From Heteronotia binoei (taxonomy: Eukaryota), in contig NC_083229.1 of the NCBI RefSeq assembly GCF_032191835.1, forward strand, positions 111,910,001 to 111,974,000: a stretch of DNA of 64,000 bases, given 5' to 3'. Position numbers and translations under genes: made by a program. Shown one piece after another: positions 35,301-46,410 of this stretch. The notes beneath the pieces are model-generated. The model worked only from the letters and a program-made list of their open reading frames with translations. It made no database searches and was not told where the DNA came from. Each line of letters starts with the position of its first letter. The first letter of the stretch is position 1.

Positions 35301-36960
35301 CGCCAAGTAATAATATACCAGGCTTTTAAAAAGCAATTGTTTGCAAGCCGAGTTTCCAGTTTTGCACAGAAAAATCCAGTTGCAAAGGATTGCTAAAGTG
35401 CATTATGCAACATGTGATAAATGCATTTAATGTGGATTATCCGACATGTGGTAGATGAGCCCTAACTACCCCTCCAAATTCCGAAATCGGGGTGTTTACT
35501 GCAAGAACACTGTGAAGGGCAGTAATGGAGAAGTTTCTCCGGATGTTCGCGCGCGCGCATACCGCTCTGGAGCTTGAGCTGTTGTAAAGGCGGAAAAAAA
35601 AATACTCCAAATGTTGTCTACGCGTATTTATTTTTAAAACAACATTGAATGTAGTCCGGCTTTATTTCAGTATTCCCGCCTACCCGAAAGAGAACTCGTT
35701 TCTAAAACATCTTGCGTAGGTTATAGGGCTGCACTGCGCAAAATGATTTTACAAACTTCCTTGGATAAATTAGGGACTGTGGTCTATAATGCTTTTTAGC
35801 TTATTGCAGCAAGTAGGAACCTAGTGATGCAATTTCTCCACCGCTTAAAGCGTCATGCGAAATACTTATGCTATGCTTCAGTTCTTTCTGGCGCCTCCAG
35901 GCTTGTAAAATCCGAATGCATTGGTTACTGAACGTTTTTGTGATAGTACTAGGCACTAGCTCACTCTGTAATCCACCTGGAGTCCCACTAGAAAGGCAGA
36001 CTATCAAGAATGCAGGTAAACTAAATAAATAAATGTACGGCCTCATCCTGTATGCGTTTGGGCGCGATTTTTACTTGATTACTCTAAGAGCGCCTAGGAG
36101 TTGTCTTGTTCAGACCATCAACTTCAGTGATGGTCCATTTACATTACACTTTTTGCAACTGGATTTTTACTGTGGGTAATAGCAAAAATCCAGTTGCAAA
36201 ACGCATTGTTTAGTGGAGAGTGAAGGCACCCTAGGGTTGTGACCACACACCAAATAATGCACTTTCCAACTGGATTTTACTCTGTGAACTTGCAAAATCC
36301 AGTTGGAAAGTGGACTGAAAGCCCGGGACTCGCCAAACAGACGCGCCCGCCTATTATAACGGGTATTCGTTTCAGCTTTGAACGAGTTTACGCCTTTTAT
36401 CTTGCAAAGAATGAGCGCGCGCCGTTTCGCAAAAACGGCCCCATCGATTGAAACAAAATCTTTTCAGCCACTCTCCAGCCTGAGAGAAAAGCCATATTTT
36501 CCCTAGGAGATGATCACGCAATAAGTGCATATAAGCCCCACTTGCGCCGCCGAACCTGTCGCAACAGCAGCAGCACGTGGGAGGAAGGCGAGGCGCCGCC
36601 TACCGCCAGGCCCTGCGGTGTGGTTTGAACTCGTGGCACTTCTAGGCCGGGAAAAGCAGAATAACCATGCTCCAGGTCCGTGAGTCCCCCCACCTCACTT
36701 CGGAGGGCCCGCAGACTGTGGACAGGGTCGCCTCTCCTTCCCCTAGGCTATTGCGGCCATTCATGCCCTTGTTAGCCCCCTCCTCCCCACTTTTCAGTTA
36801 AGGTTCTGCGCTTTTAGCCCCCTGCCCTCAGTGAAACTTTATGGCGCACAGCTTGTTCCCGAGTAAACAGGCCTTTTGACTTTAGCCTTCGGGTATTTCG
36901 CCTTTGGATAAGTAGTAGTAACTTTCCTATCGCTGAGTTACTCCAGTGCGCTGTGTTTGG
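32362..36960. promoter_or_regulatory. Extended CpG-rich domain between the divergent GCM2 and SYCP2L genes, ending in the SYCP2L promoter and exon 1
   Basis: CpG is visibly frequent from about 32.4 to 37 kb compared with the flanks (not computed); SYCP2L ATG at 36667. Confidence 0.65.
36667..36675 (+). CDS. SYCP2L: SYCP2L exon 1 coding part (MLQ, 9 nt)
   Basis: accATG CTC CAG|gtccgt inside the CpG island; only this donor is in frame with exon 2. Confidence 0.6.
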
Positions 36961-37034
36961 AGGAAGTTTGCGTAGCGTGGTGTTATTAGCTACTCAGCCC
37001 ATTCTTTTGACTTGCTGTTGTTGAGCATATAGAG

Positions 37035-37331
37035 CGGGGTGGCCAAACTTGCTTGATGTAAGAGCCACATGGAATAAATCTCAAATGTTAGAGAGCCACA
37101 AGATATAAATGTCAGATGTTTGAGAGTTGCAAAACATAAACGTCAGATGTTGGAGGGAGGGAGGAAGGAAGGACGGGAAATAGATGGTGAGGGGGGAGAG
37201 GTAGAAAGAAGGCGACATTGATTTTAAATGCATTCTCCAAGCTGCGGACATGGCAATGGGAGCTTTGAGAGCCACACAATATGTGTGAAAGAGCCACATG
37301 TGGCTCCTGAGCCACAGTCTGGCCACCCCTG
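37035..37331. mobile_element. hAT-type MITE, family C, in SYCP2L intron 1
   Basis: TSD atatagag/atgtagag. Confidence 0.78.
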
Positions 37332-37573
37332 ATGTAGAGAGTTTCTGGCCTTTCCGGGAGGCTGAGGAGGACGTTTTATTTTTACAAACCAGAACGAGGG
37401 GAGGATTCCTCCATCTCTGCCTCAGAGTGCCCCCGCTGAGCCCTCTGCAATCAAGGTCTTACCTTACTTATCAGTTTGCAGCTCATGACTGAAGTATCAG
37501 AAACCATTTTAAGAGATTGCTGTGTTGAATTCAAAATGTATGGATGCTTAATTTTTCCCCCCTTTTACCTAAG

Positions 37574-37627
37574 GAAGAAGAAATGCCACAGCAGATGACT
37601 GAAGCACCTGACGGCGTCGAGTACTAC
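37574..37627 (+). CDS. SYCP2L: SYCP2L exon 2 (54 nt): EEEMPQQMTEAPDGVEYY
   Basis: ccttttacctaag|GAA...TAC|gtaaat; phase 0/0; sequence is diverged. Confidence 0.68.
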
Positions 37628-38619
37628 GTAAATATCACTCCAGAACTGCAACATTTGCTTAAGCAGGGAGTCCATTGAAATTTTCAGTACAGTCCTGATT
37701 CTGAGTTCACAGAGCAATCCTACACAGAGTTGTTCAGTGCCAATGTTTTAATCAATTTACAAAGGTATAACTGTTTAGGATTGCGCTGTTAAAGGGGAAG
37801 AGGTAAAAATTAACACAACTGTAGTGTCATATATTGGCTGGCTTGTGCTTCTTTCCTGTGTGAATAAAGACTTCACTTGATGTTATGTATTCAAGAGTCG
37901 GGTATGTGTACTTTAATGTCTTAAGCATGCAAATACTGTGTAGGTGAAGTACGTTAATTTCTCAGCAAAGATAAGCCCTCGGCAAAACTGCAGAAGCCAC
38001 ACAAGAGAAATTGACTGCTTTCCTTCTTGATAGCTTTTTTTCTGTGAAGACATGACTTCTTGCTGGCATGGATGAAATCATGGATTGTTCAGCCAGAGTT
38101 TTAATGCAAGGGCTGTGGCTCAGTGATTGAGCATCTGCTTTGCATATGGAAGGTCCAAGGGATATTTTTATCACATGTATATTATCATGAGTGAAAGCAT
38201 AAACTATCTGAGGGGTTTTGTATTTGCATAGGGGGGAAAAAAGGCTCATTTTGGCTTCCCAGCACCTCTGTGCAGTGTATTCACTGCTTGGCATATGAGG
38301 TACATACGTTTTCCACTTGAAAGTAATATGAAGAAAAACAGTGTTTGGAATTTTTTAAAAATGGATATGCCGGCTATTAACTAGATAATTCTTTAGGTGG
38401 TGGTTGGTTCAGCAGCACAAACAATAATGCTCTGTTGGGAAAAATTGAGAATTGGTAGCTATAGAACTTGAATTAGCTCGCGGAGAAGGAAGAATAAATC
38501 TACAGGTCTATTACTATACAGTTTGGAACAAAGGGCAGCAGGTTTTAAAAGGCACATCTTCTGACATCAACAAGATACTGTACATGGTCAGTGTGTATAA
38601 TTACAAATGAATGCATTGC

Positions 38620-38902
38620 AGAGGTCCCCTGTGCAAGTACTGGTCGTTTCCGACTCTGGGGTGACATTGCTTTCACAACGTTTTCACGGCAGACTTTTTT
38701 TTACGGGGTGGTTTGCCATTGCCTTCCCCAGTCATTTACACTTTCCCCCCAGCAAGCTGGGTACTCATTTTACCAACCTCGGAAGAATGGAAGGCTGAGT
38801 CAACCTGAGCCGGCTACCTGAAACCAGCTTCTGCTGGGATTGAACTTAGGTCGTGAGCAGAGCTTAGGACTGCAGTACTGCAGCTTTAACTCTGTGCCAA
38901 GG
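38620..38902 (-). mobile_element. Sauria-type SINE
   Basis: Reverse-complement match to 4511-4805. Confidence 0.8.
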
Positions 38903-39009
38903 GGAAATAAAAAAATGTAAATCTTGTTTGTCCTTCTGAGTACGTCAAAGATGTGGAAGTCCAATCTGCTGACACTTCAGTTAAGATTGGTTTCTTGTTT
39001 TTATTCTAG

Positions 39010-39144
39010 CTTGAGTCATTATTAGCTGATGTCTTTAAAGGGAAAGGATTTCAGAAAATAAGCGAAGCGTTAAAAGAAAAGGACGTTTATCCTCAGAAGT
39101 TCAGCAAACAACTATTAAACCAACTGGACAAAGTTCTGAAAAAG
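39010..39144 (+). CDS. SYCP2L: SYCP2L exon 3 (135 nt): LESLLADVFKGKGFQKI...LDKVLKK; GC donor
   Basis: ttctag|CTT...AAG|gcaagt; matches the SYCP2/SYCP2L N-terminal motif LxSLIxDAFxxKGFQKI. Confidence 0.9.
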
Positions 39145-39236
39145 GCAAGTAATCTGACAGTTCATTAATTTAAGCCACCAAATTACTCATTTTAGGCAGT
39201 AACACATGTATGGATTGCTTCCCCCCACACCAATAG

Positions 39237-39356
39237 GAACTGGACAAAAATGAGTTCTCAAATGTTTCTTTGTTGCTGAAATGCATCCAACTGTACTGTA
39301 GAAGTGATCCATACGAAGGTGTAAACCTGCTGCTTCAGCAAGGATTGATACCAAAG
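39237..39356 (+). CDS. SYCP2L: SYCP2L exon 4 (120 nt): [18 protein letters not shown]...QQGLIPK; AT donor
   Basis: caatag|GAA...CCA AAG|ataagt; strong match to recalled human [18 protein letters not shown]. Confidence 0.88.
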
Positions 39357-39677
39357 ATAAGTAACTTTGTGCTTAGATATAATGTGTCTGATTTGCTGCA
39401 ATCAGTCTTCATAGCAGAACAAGTTTGTTTTTAAGGATATAGAGACCAAAATGTTTACCTGTTAACTTCTTTGTCTGTTCAGTACTCTTAATTTTCAGGT
39501 GAAGATTGTGTATTGAGGAGTACTTTTTTGCTTGCAAGCATTTAATTTTACGGTGATACTTTGTAAGCCGAGAGTGCAGGTTTCATTTTAAAATATGATT
39601 TATTAAACGATTATTTTAGAGTCTAGCAATAAAGTGCTTATAGAAACACAACTGTTTATGGAGGCATACAAAATGGA

Positions 39678-39945
39678 GACCAGTTTGGTGCAGTGGTTAA
39701 GAGCGGTGGACTGGAATCTGGAGAACCGGGTTTGATTCCCCACTCCTCTACATGCAACCAGCTGTGTGACCTTGGGTCAGTCATAGGTCTGTCAGAGCTG
39801 TTCTCTCAAGAGCAGTTCACTGAGAGCGCTCTCAGCCCCACATGCCTCTCAGGGTGTCTGTTGTGGGGAAAGGAAGAGACGGAGATTGTAAGCCACTCTG
39901 AGGCTTCAAGTGAAAGGCAGGATATAAATCCAATCTCTTCTCCTT
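39678..39945 (+). mobile_element. Squam3-like SINE in SYCP2L intron 4
   Basis: Homologous to 10876-11150. Confidence 0.72.
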
Positions 39946-40296
39946 CTCAGTACAAGGACATCACAGCTTATCACCTGCACTTGCACATAAGCAACATATT
40001 TTAAAATCTTCATCAGGCATTGCTGGCCATATTGTTGCAAAGTATTCATGCTTCCATATCACCCCCCAAAGTGTAGAAATCCTTTAAGAATATTAATGAC
40101 ATTTCTTAAAACATTGTTGATTCAGTTCAGTGAAGTTAGTGTTGTCTCTTTAAGAATCCGTGCAGGTTTTTCTCCCCTCCCAAGAGAACTGACTCATTTT
40201 CCTGTAGCTATCCCAACAGAAAATAGTTGGTATAAATAAAGCTTAACATGTAGCCAATCGTCTCTTGAAAGTTCCTATAGAAAGCATAATGTTTTC

Positions 40297-40478
40297 CAGG
40301 GCTCATTTTGTAGCAGGAGCTCCTTTGCATATTAGGCCACATACCCCTGATGTATTCAATCCTCCAAGAGCTTTGAGTAGGCCGTGTAATAAGAGCCCTG
40401 TAAGCTCTTGGAGGATTGGCTGCATCAGGGGTATGTGGCCTAATATGCAAAGGAGCTCCTGCTACAAAATGAGCCCTG
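40297..40478. mobile_element. Fold-back MITE, family A, in SYCP2L intron 4
   Basis: CAGGGCTCATTTTGTAGC...GCTACAAAATGAGCCCTG; near-perfect palindrome. Confidence 0.82.
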
Positions 40479-41087
40479 AATTGTTTTCACATAATGCAGT
40501 GCCTGGGATTCAGGAAGTGTCAAAGACTGTTCTCTCAGACTGACTTTGCTATATCTAAATGCTAGGCTATATGCAAGGTTACAGTTTGGTATGCATATAC
40601 CTGGATAATCTTCCTTTTTCATCCTGTTGCAATCCTCACCGGTGGCGTTGGAGTCCAAGGGGGAGAGAATAAGCTTTCATTAATTTCTTTCAATCTCTGG
40701 AAGTTGGACAAGTATTGCTTTAGCTTGTCTGTTCAAGATAAGGTGCATCTTAACTGGAGCAGGAAAGAAAGATACAGCATTGAGTCTCCTGGGAACCAGC
40801 TTTTTGGGGTCAGTTTCAAGGAGGATCTGCCACAACTCCTCCTCTGCTTGAAGAATTTTGGTTAAGTACTGTTCCAGCCACTTACTGGGCCAACCAGAGG
40901 AGGCGCACCATGGAACCAGGAGGTGTAGTTGGGTGTGGAGGATGAGGGTAAAAGGAAGAAAAATTCTTCTTTCATTCTTGGTTTCTGCAAATGGCCAGTC
41001 TCTGCTTGTTAACTTAGTTACTTACTTTTATACTTCTGCTGCGTTAAATATTCATCTGATTTTTGCTTATGTGTCTTTTGTTTCTAC

Positions 41088-41192
41088 ATGGTCACTTGGT
41101 TTGAAAGAACTAGAGAATTTCTGAGCCTGATAGAACCAAAAGAAAGTAAATTCTTAGCAACACTTGTTGAAGACTTTTTCGACACAGCGCTG
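41088..41192 (+). CDS. SYCP2L: SYCP2L exon 5 (105 nt): MVTWFERTREFL...VEDFFDTAL; AC acceptor
   Basis: ttttgtttctac|ATG GTC ACT TGG...CTG|gtaagc; matches recalled human LVSWFERT...IEDFFDTAL. Confidence 0.88.
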
Positions 41193-41906
41193 GTAAGCAA
41201 ATGGAAAAGAAAATGCTTCAACTCACTGAATTGTGTAATGGTCTCTACATTTTATTGTGTGCTATAGCTAGCCATCATTAACCCAGTAATGACAGTCTTA
41301 CTCCTACAGCAATCGTGCCAATTTGTGAACTTTTTACATTTCTAAAAGCCCCTATTATGCCTTGGTCCTTCTGTATTCATAAGAACATAAGAGAAGCCAT
41401 GTTGGATCAAGCCGATGGCCCATCCAGTCCAACACTGTCACACAGTGGCCAAAAAAATCAAGTGCCATCAGGAGGTCCACCAGTGGGGCCAGGACACTAG
41501 AAGTCCTCACACTGTTGCCCCTCCCCACAAGCACCAAGAATCCAGAGCATCACTGCCCCAGACAAAGAGTTCCAACAATACGTTGTAGCTTATAGCCACT
41601 GATGGACCTTCAAGTACAGTACTTCTGCACTATTGTATTCATAGATCATAATGTATCTCTGTTTTCTTTTAGCTGTGCTCGTACTTCATTCATTTACATC
41701 TTCCACTTGTCTTCCAATGAGGACCCAAAACCACTTATATCATTCCCTCTTTCATTTTATCCTCACAACAACCCTGTCAAGTAGGTTAGCATTTCATGAA
41801 GCAAACACAAAATAGGAAGGGCAGCTGCTCATTTCTAAACTGGTTGTGATCGTAGGCAATTGGGGGTGGGACTAGGACATGTCCCCAAGTGTCCCAGTCC
41901 ACACAC

Positions 41907-42089
41907 CAGGGCTTTTTTTAATGGCAGGAACTTCTTTGCATATTAGGCCACACACCCCTGATGTAGCCAATCCTCCTGGAGCTTACAGGGCTCTTGGTAC
42001 AGGGCCTACTGTAAGCTCCAGGAGGATTGGCTACATCAGGAGGGGTGTGGTCTAATATGCAGAGGAGTTTCTGCTACAAAAAAGTCCTT
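41907..42089. mobile_element. Fold-back MITE, family A
   Basis: Homologous to 1475-1659. Confidence 0.72.
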
Positions 42090-43635
42090 CCACGTGCTAC
42101 TTGTAATTCTTCAGCCAAAAACAGGGTGGCATCAAGCTGCCCTGGAGGAGAGCCGGCTGGAAAAGTTGTAGCCAGGAGCCTCCAGGCATTGCGTGGCCTG
42201 CCCCTGGAACCAGGGTCAGGCTGCGTGCGCCCTAGAGTTGCTTCCAGAGTGCTCATGCACCTGTCGGCCACTCCCTGGGTGTTTCCCAGCCATCCAGACG
42301 GCTGGAGAAGCACCTCGAAGCCGCCTCAGAATTTAGGTACCACTTTGACAGTGGTGCCTTTCTGAGGCAGCTTCGATCCAGCCCTGGACAGGCTGTATGT
42401 GGGACGGGGACGGCAGGCAGATGTGTACGTGTGTGCACACTTTTTTGATCTGGCTGCCTCCCATCCCCAGGGCAGCTTAAACTGCCTGTCTGTTATCAGC
42501 GTTCATGTCAGTGGCAGGATATGTTAGTGTACCCATGGCAATGCAAATACAGTTTAAGCATCTCTCTGAACCACTGAGGTGGTGGAAGTAGTGTATTCAC
42601 AAAGCATTCTTTGGAGGCTGGTTTGTGTATTTCTGGCAAGAAATGAAAGAGGGAGTGCAGACAAGTTGCATTCCTCCAGTTCTTCCCAGGAATGTGCAAA
42701 GCCACTTGGGAAATCTGTTTGTGCTGTGAGCCCTAATGAATGATTGAGATGTATCTTCACCAGTGGTGTGCTTGCTGTTGAAAATTGCTTCTGAGTTATT
42801 GTACCATGTGTCTGCAAGACTGTTAGCTCCCCACATGGCTCAGCTGAATTGCATGGCCATTGGCCTGCACAGAGTGTGGGTAAGGGGAAGAATGTCCTGG
42901 TATGGGTAAAGGGAAGAGTAGACTTTTCTGCCAGGTTGTAATGTGATTGTGCAGAAAAGCACTTGGCGGAAACCATATGGCTGAAAATATGTAGGAATCC
43001 ATTCTTAGTCATAAGATTAAACTGCCGGTTTAAGAAGTTGGTGTGGAAGGCAGAACAGCCCTAATGAGCACTGACTAACACGATCTCATTGGCAGCTAAG
43101 CGTGGTCAATACTTGGATGGGAGACCCCCCCCCTCCTGGGAAGACTGGGGCTGCTGTGCAAGGAAGGCAGTGGCCAGGGCTTTTTTTTGTAGAAAAAGCC
43201 CAGCAGGCACTCATTTGCATATTAGGCCACACCCCAACACCAAACCAGCCAGAACTGTGTTCCTGTGCGTTCCTGCTCAAAAAAAGCCCTGGGAATAGCA
43301 AACAACCTCTGCTCCCCTCTTGCCTTGAAAACCCTGTGAGGTGGAAATTTGCAGTGGTCACTATCGGGTCGGTTGTGCCTTGACAGCACACGTTACCTTT
43401 GTGGAAGACAGCCATGTGAAATGATCTGGAGGCTTGAGAATGTTTTATATAAATGGTTGATCTTAGGAATTTGTGATATTTGAAACAGAATCTCTTGTGA
43501 TGAATCACCTTGTGCCTTTTGAAGGAAAGATAGACAATAAACATTTAAAATAAATAAAGGAATTGTTCTCTAGCTCCAGTAGGTATTGCAAAAACATAAA
43601 TAACTGAATGTTAGGAATATGGGTAAGAGTTAAAG

Positions 43636-44153
43636 CAGGGGTGTCTAACATGCAGTTGGGGGGCTGAATCAGACCCCTGGAGGGCTCCTATCAGGCCCCC
43701 AAGCAACTGGCTGTCATCTGCTTCCTTCTCCCTATATCTTGCTTCCTTCTGCATATCAGTTTGCTTTGCAAGGCTTACTCAGTTGTACAGCAGAACTACT
43801 GAGCCAAGCCTCTCTTCCTTCTATTGACTGAGGCTCTCCACCCCGAAGTCCCTGGGGAAGGAAGGAAAGAGCCAGAGTTTCCTTTGGCCAGTTCCCTGGA
43901 TCCCATGGGAGAAGTACAAAGAAAGCATATTTAAGACTAAGGAGTGCTAATATTTTAAGCATGTTTTACTTTTTTTTAAATATTTGTGCTTGTCTGTGTT
44001 CTTTATAGAATTTATATCTCTGCTACCTAATATTAAATAGGTACGCATATGGCCCAGTCCAACATGGCTCGGCCCAACCTGACATGGCCCGGCCCAACAA
44101 GGTCTCATTTATGTCAGCTCTGTCCCTCATAACAAATAAGTTTGACACCCTTG
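43636..44153. mobile_element. hAT-type MITE (CAGGGGTGTCTAAC...GTTTGACACCCTTG)
   Basis: TIRs plus TSD agttaaag/agttaaaa. Confidence 0.78.
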
Positions 44154-44350
44154 AGTTAAAAGTGTCTTATCGTGCAGTCCCATACCATTCAAAACCCATT
44201 GAAGTCAGTGGGCGTAGAGGGATATAACTGTTTAGGATTCCTGGTTAGATAACTTGCCTGAGCAGTATTTGAAGGCGCTGCATTTTAGGTCTGTTTGTTT
44301 GTACTTTATTAATCTCCATTTAGCTCTCCTCTCCTCTGTTCCACTTTTAG

Positions 44351-44375
44351 GTCATTGGCAAAAGCAATGCAGAAG
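44351..44375 (+). CDS. SYCP2L: SYCP2L exon 6 (25 nt): VIGKSNAE(G)
   Basis: ccacttttag|GTC...GAA G|gttggt; bridges phase 0 to phase 1 exactly. Confidence 0.82.
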
Positions 44376-46128
44376 GTTGGTCACTAAATATTTATAATAA
44401 CCGAACAATTTCAAATGTGGTGGTTTGACACTTTGTGTACCTCACGTGTATAATTGCTTGTAAGCTGCTTTGAGCTAGTAAGGTGAAAAGAGGTGTTAAA
44501 ACAAAAGCTGCAAGATTTTGTTACTTTAATGGGTACTTAATCCAATCAGCAAGGCTGTAAATTGAAGGGATGATCACTTAATTTTTAAAACTCTTTAGCT
44601 TCCAGTGCAGTACCACAATAAGGAATTTTAAAAAGAACGGGTCCCCCCCGCCATACTCTTGAATTTCTTGTAATCTCTCCTAGATAGATGCATTTTGATA
44701 ACACACCAAAAGTTGGTTCCTGTGACCGATTTGTTGAAGTGTGTAGGTGCAGCAGATCTCTAGAACTGTCCCTTGAACACCTACTGCCAAGAACTTTGAG
44801 GTGAAGAGTCAACAATCCATTGGTTTCAGAGGTTTCAATGAGTAAGGGGAAAACAGGCAAAATCAGCTCTGCCTTTTTCTGCAAGGATGGTGGGAGCTGC
44901 AGAACAATTTGAGGGGCAATCTTACCTGATTTTTCTCTCCTCACTGCAGCATCCCTTGGCCAGTTGCAATTTGAACATGCGGCCCAGGACCAAAGCCAGA
45001 AAATTTTAGGTGTGGGGGCCCGGAGGATAAAATTTGAGAAGGGGGGCCGCAGGGCTTGGCTGCTTCTTCCGTCTACTGACCAGCCTGGCCCCAGCAGCAG
45101 GAGCTGCCAAACAGAGAAGGGGCTTCTCTTCCCCCCCTTCTGCCTTGACCATTAAGCTGAAGGGGAAAGAGCGTGGATCTCAAGGAAGCTGGTCAGCCAC
45201 CTGCCTGCTTGCCCTCAGGCTGTCTTCCTCGCTCTGTGCCCTTGCCCGTGGACTTTTTCTCTCACTCCCGGATGCCCAGTGAGAGGAGAAGGAGAGCAAG
45301 AAGAGGAAAAGGGTGGCCAGCGGTGAGCGCTGGGCCTAGAGTTGGAAGTTAAGCCTTCTCCTTGCAGCAGGGCTTCCTCCCAATTCAAGCGCACCCAGGA
45401 TGGCAGCCTCTGGCTCTTTTGAAGCAGGCATCCATGCTGGAAAATTGCATGGGTGTGAGTGTGTGAAATATCTTTGGCTTCTGAATTCTCATGCAGAGGC
45501 CGGAGGGCTACGGGGGCCCCAAGCAGCCAAGAAAGCTGCATTCCAGTGCCAGAGCCCCATCACTACTGCAGCCGGTCTCTGCACCATGCAGGGGCCATAA
45601 ACATGGAAGGGGGAGTTAAATGGAGTGGCCTGACCCCTCCCAGGCCTCACTGTAGCTATGGGCCTGATGGGGGGCCCTTTTACAAGATGCTGCTGTGCAC
45701 AGGAAAGATGGGGAGAGACCTGCAGGGGTCTTCTGTTTGTCCTGCAGGAGGATCCAGTCCTTGTATTTAAATTGATTAGGCAGCAAATATAAACTCTTTA
45801 ATCTGTTTGCAGTGTCATTCCTGTTGAGATGAGGGCGAGGGGAGCAAGGTTTTCATTTTAATTATTTATATGACATGGTTTTTATAATGCATGTTGTAAC
45901 TGTTAGGTGCCTCGGTGGCCCTGATGGAGCAGAAAGATGGGGTTCAATTTTGGTAAACGATTCCCTTGTACAAAACTGTAGAAATTTCCCCAGTGTGATT
46001 TGGATAAACTGCAGATCATTAAAATATACTGCAGGTCACTTCTGAGTTAACTAGTACGGCCCCTATCTGCCTGATAAATTGGGTTTCCTCGTCCTCCCCT
46101 CCCTTTCCCACCTCATTTTCTTTTACAG

Positions 46129-46214
46129 GGAAGAAACAGCTGCTTGAATCCTTCCTACCGTACTTGGGACATATAGCTATTGAACCTAACGTGAACTGTG
46201 CCCTTCGACAGGAG
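46129..46214 (+). CDS. SYCP2L: SYCP2L exon 7 (86 nt): (G)KKQLLESFLPYLGHIAIEPNVNCALRQE
   Basis: ttttacag|GG...GAG|gttagt. Confidence 0.9.
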
Positions 46215-46321
46215 GTTAGTGTCAGACTACTAGGAAGTAATACGAAAAGTGTGTTGGATGAATCCTCCCTCACGTTAATGACTTTTATTGTATCATGTTT
46301 CTTCCCATCACTTCAACTAAG

Positions 46322-46410
46322 GCTCTGAGAACCTTAAACACGCTGTTGGACAACGTAGCTCGAGAGGACCGAAAGAAGTTTGCCTTGTCTGAAGAGATGT
46401 GTTTGCTTAC
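46322..46410 (+). CDS. SYCP2L: SYCP2L exon 8 (89 nt): ALRTLNTLLDNVAREDRKKFALSEEMCLL(T)
   Basis: caactaag|GCT...AC|gtaagc; matches recalled human REERKKFPLSEGMC. Confidence 0.9.
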
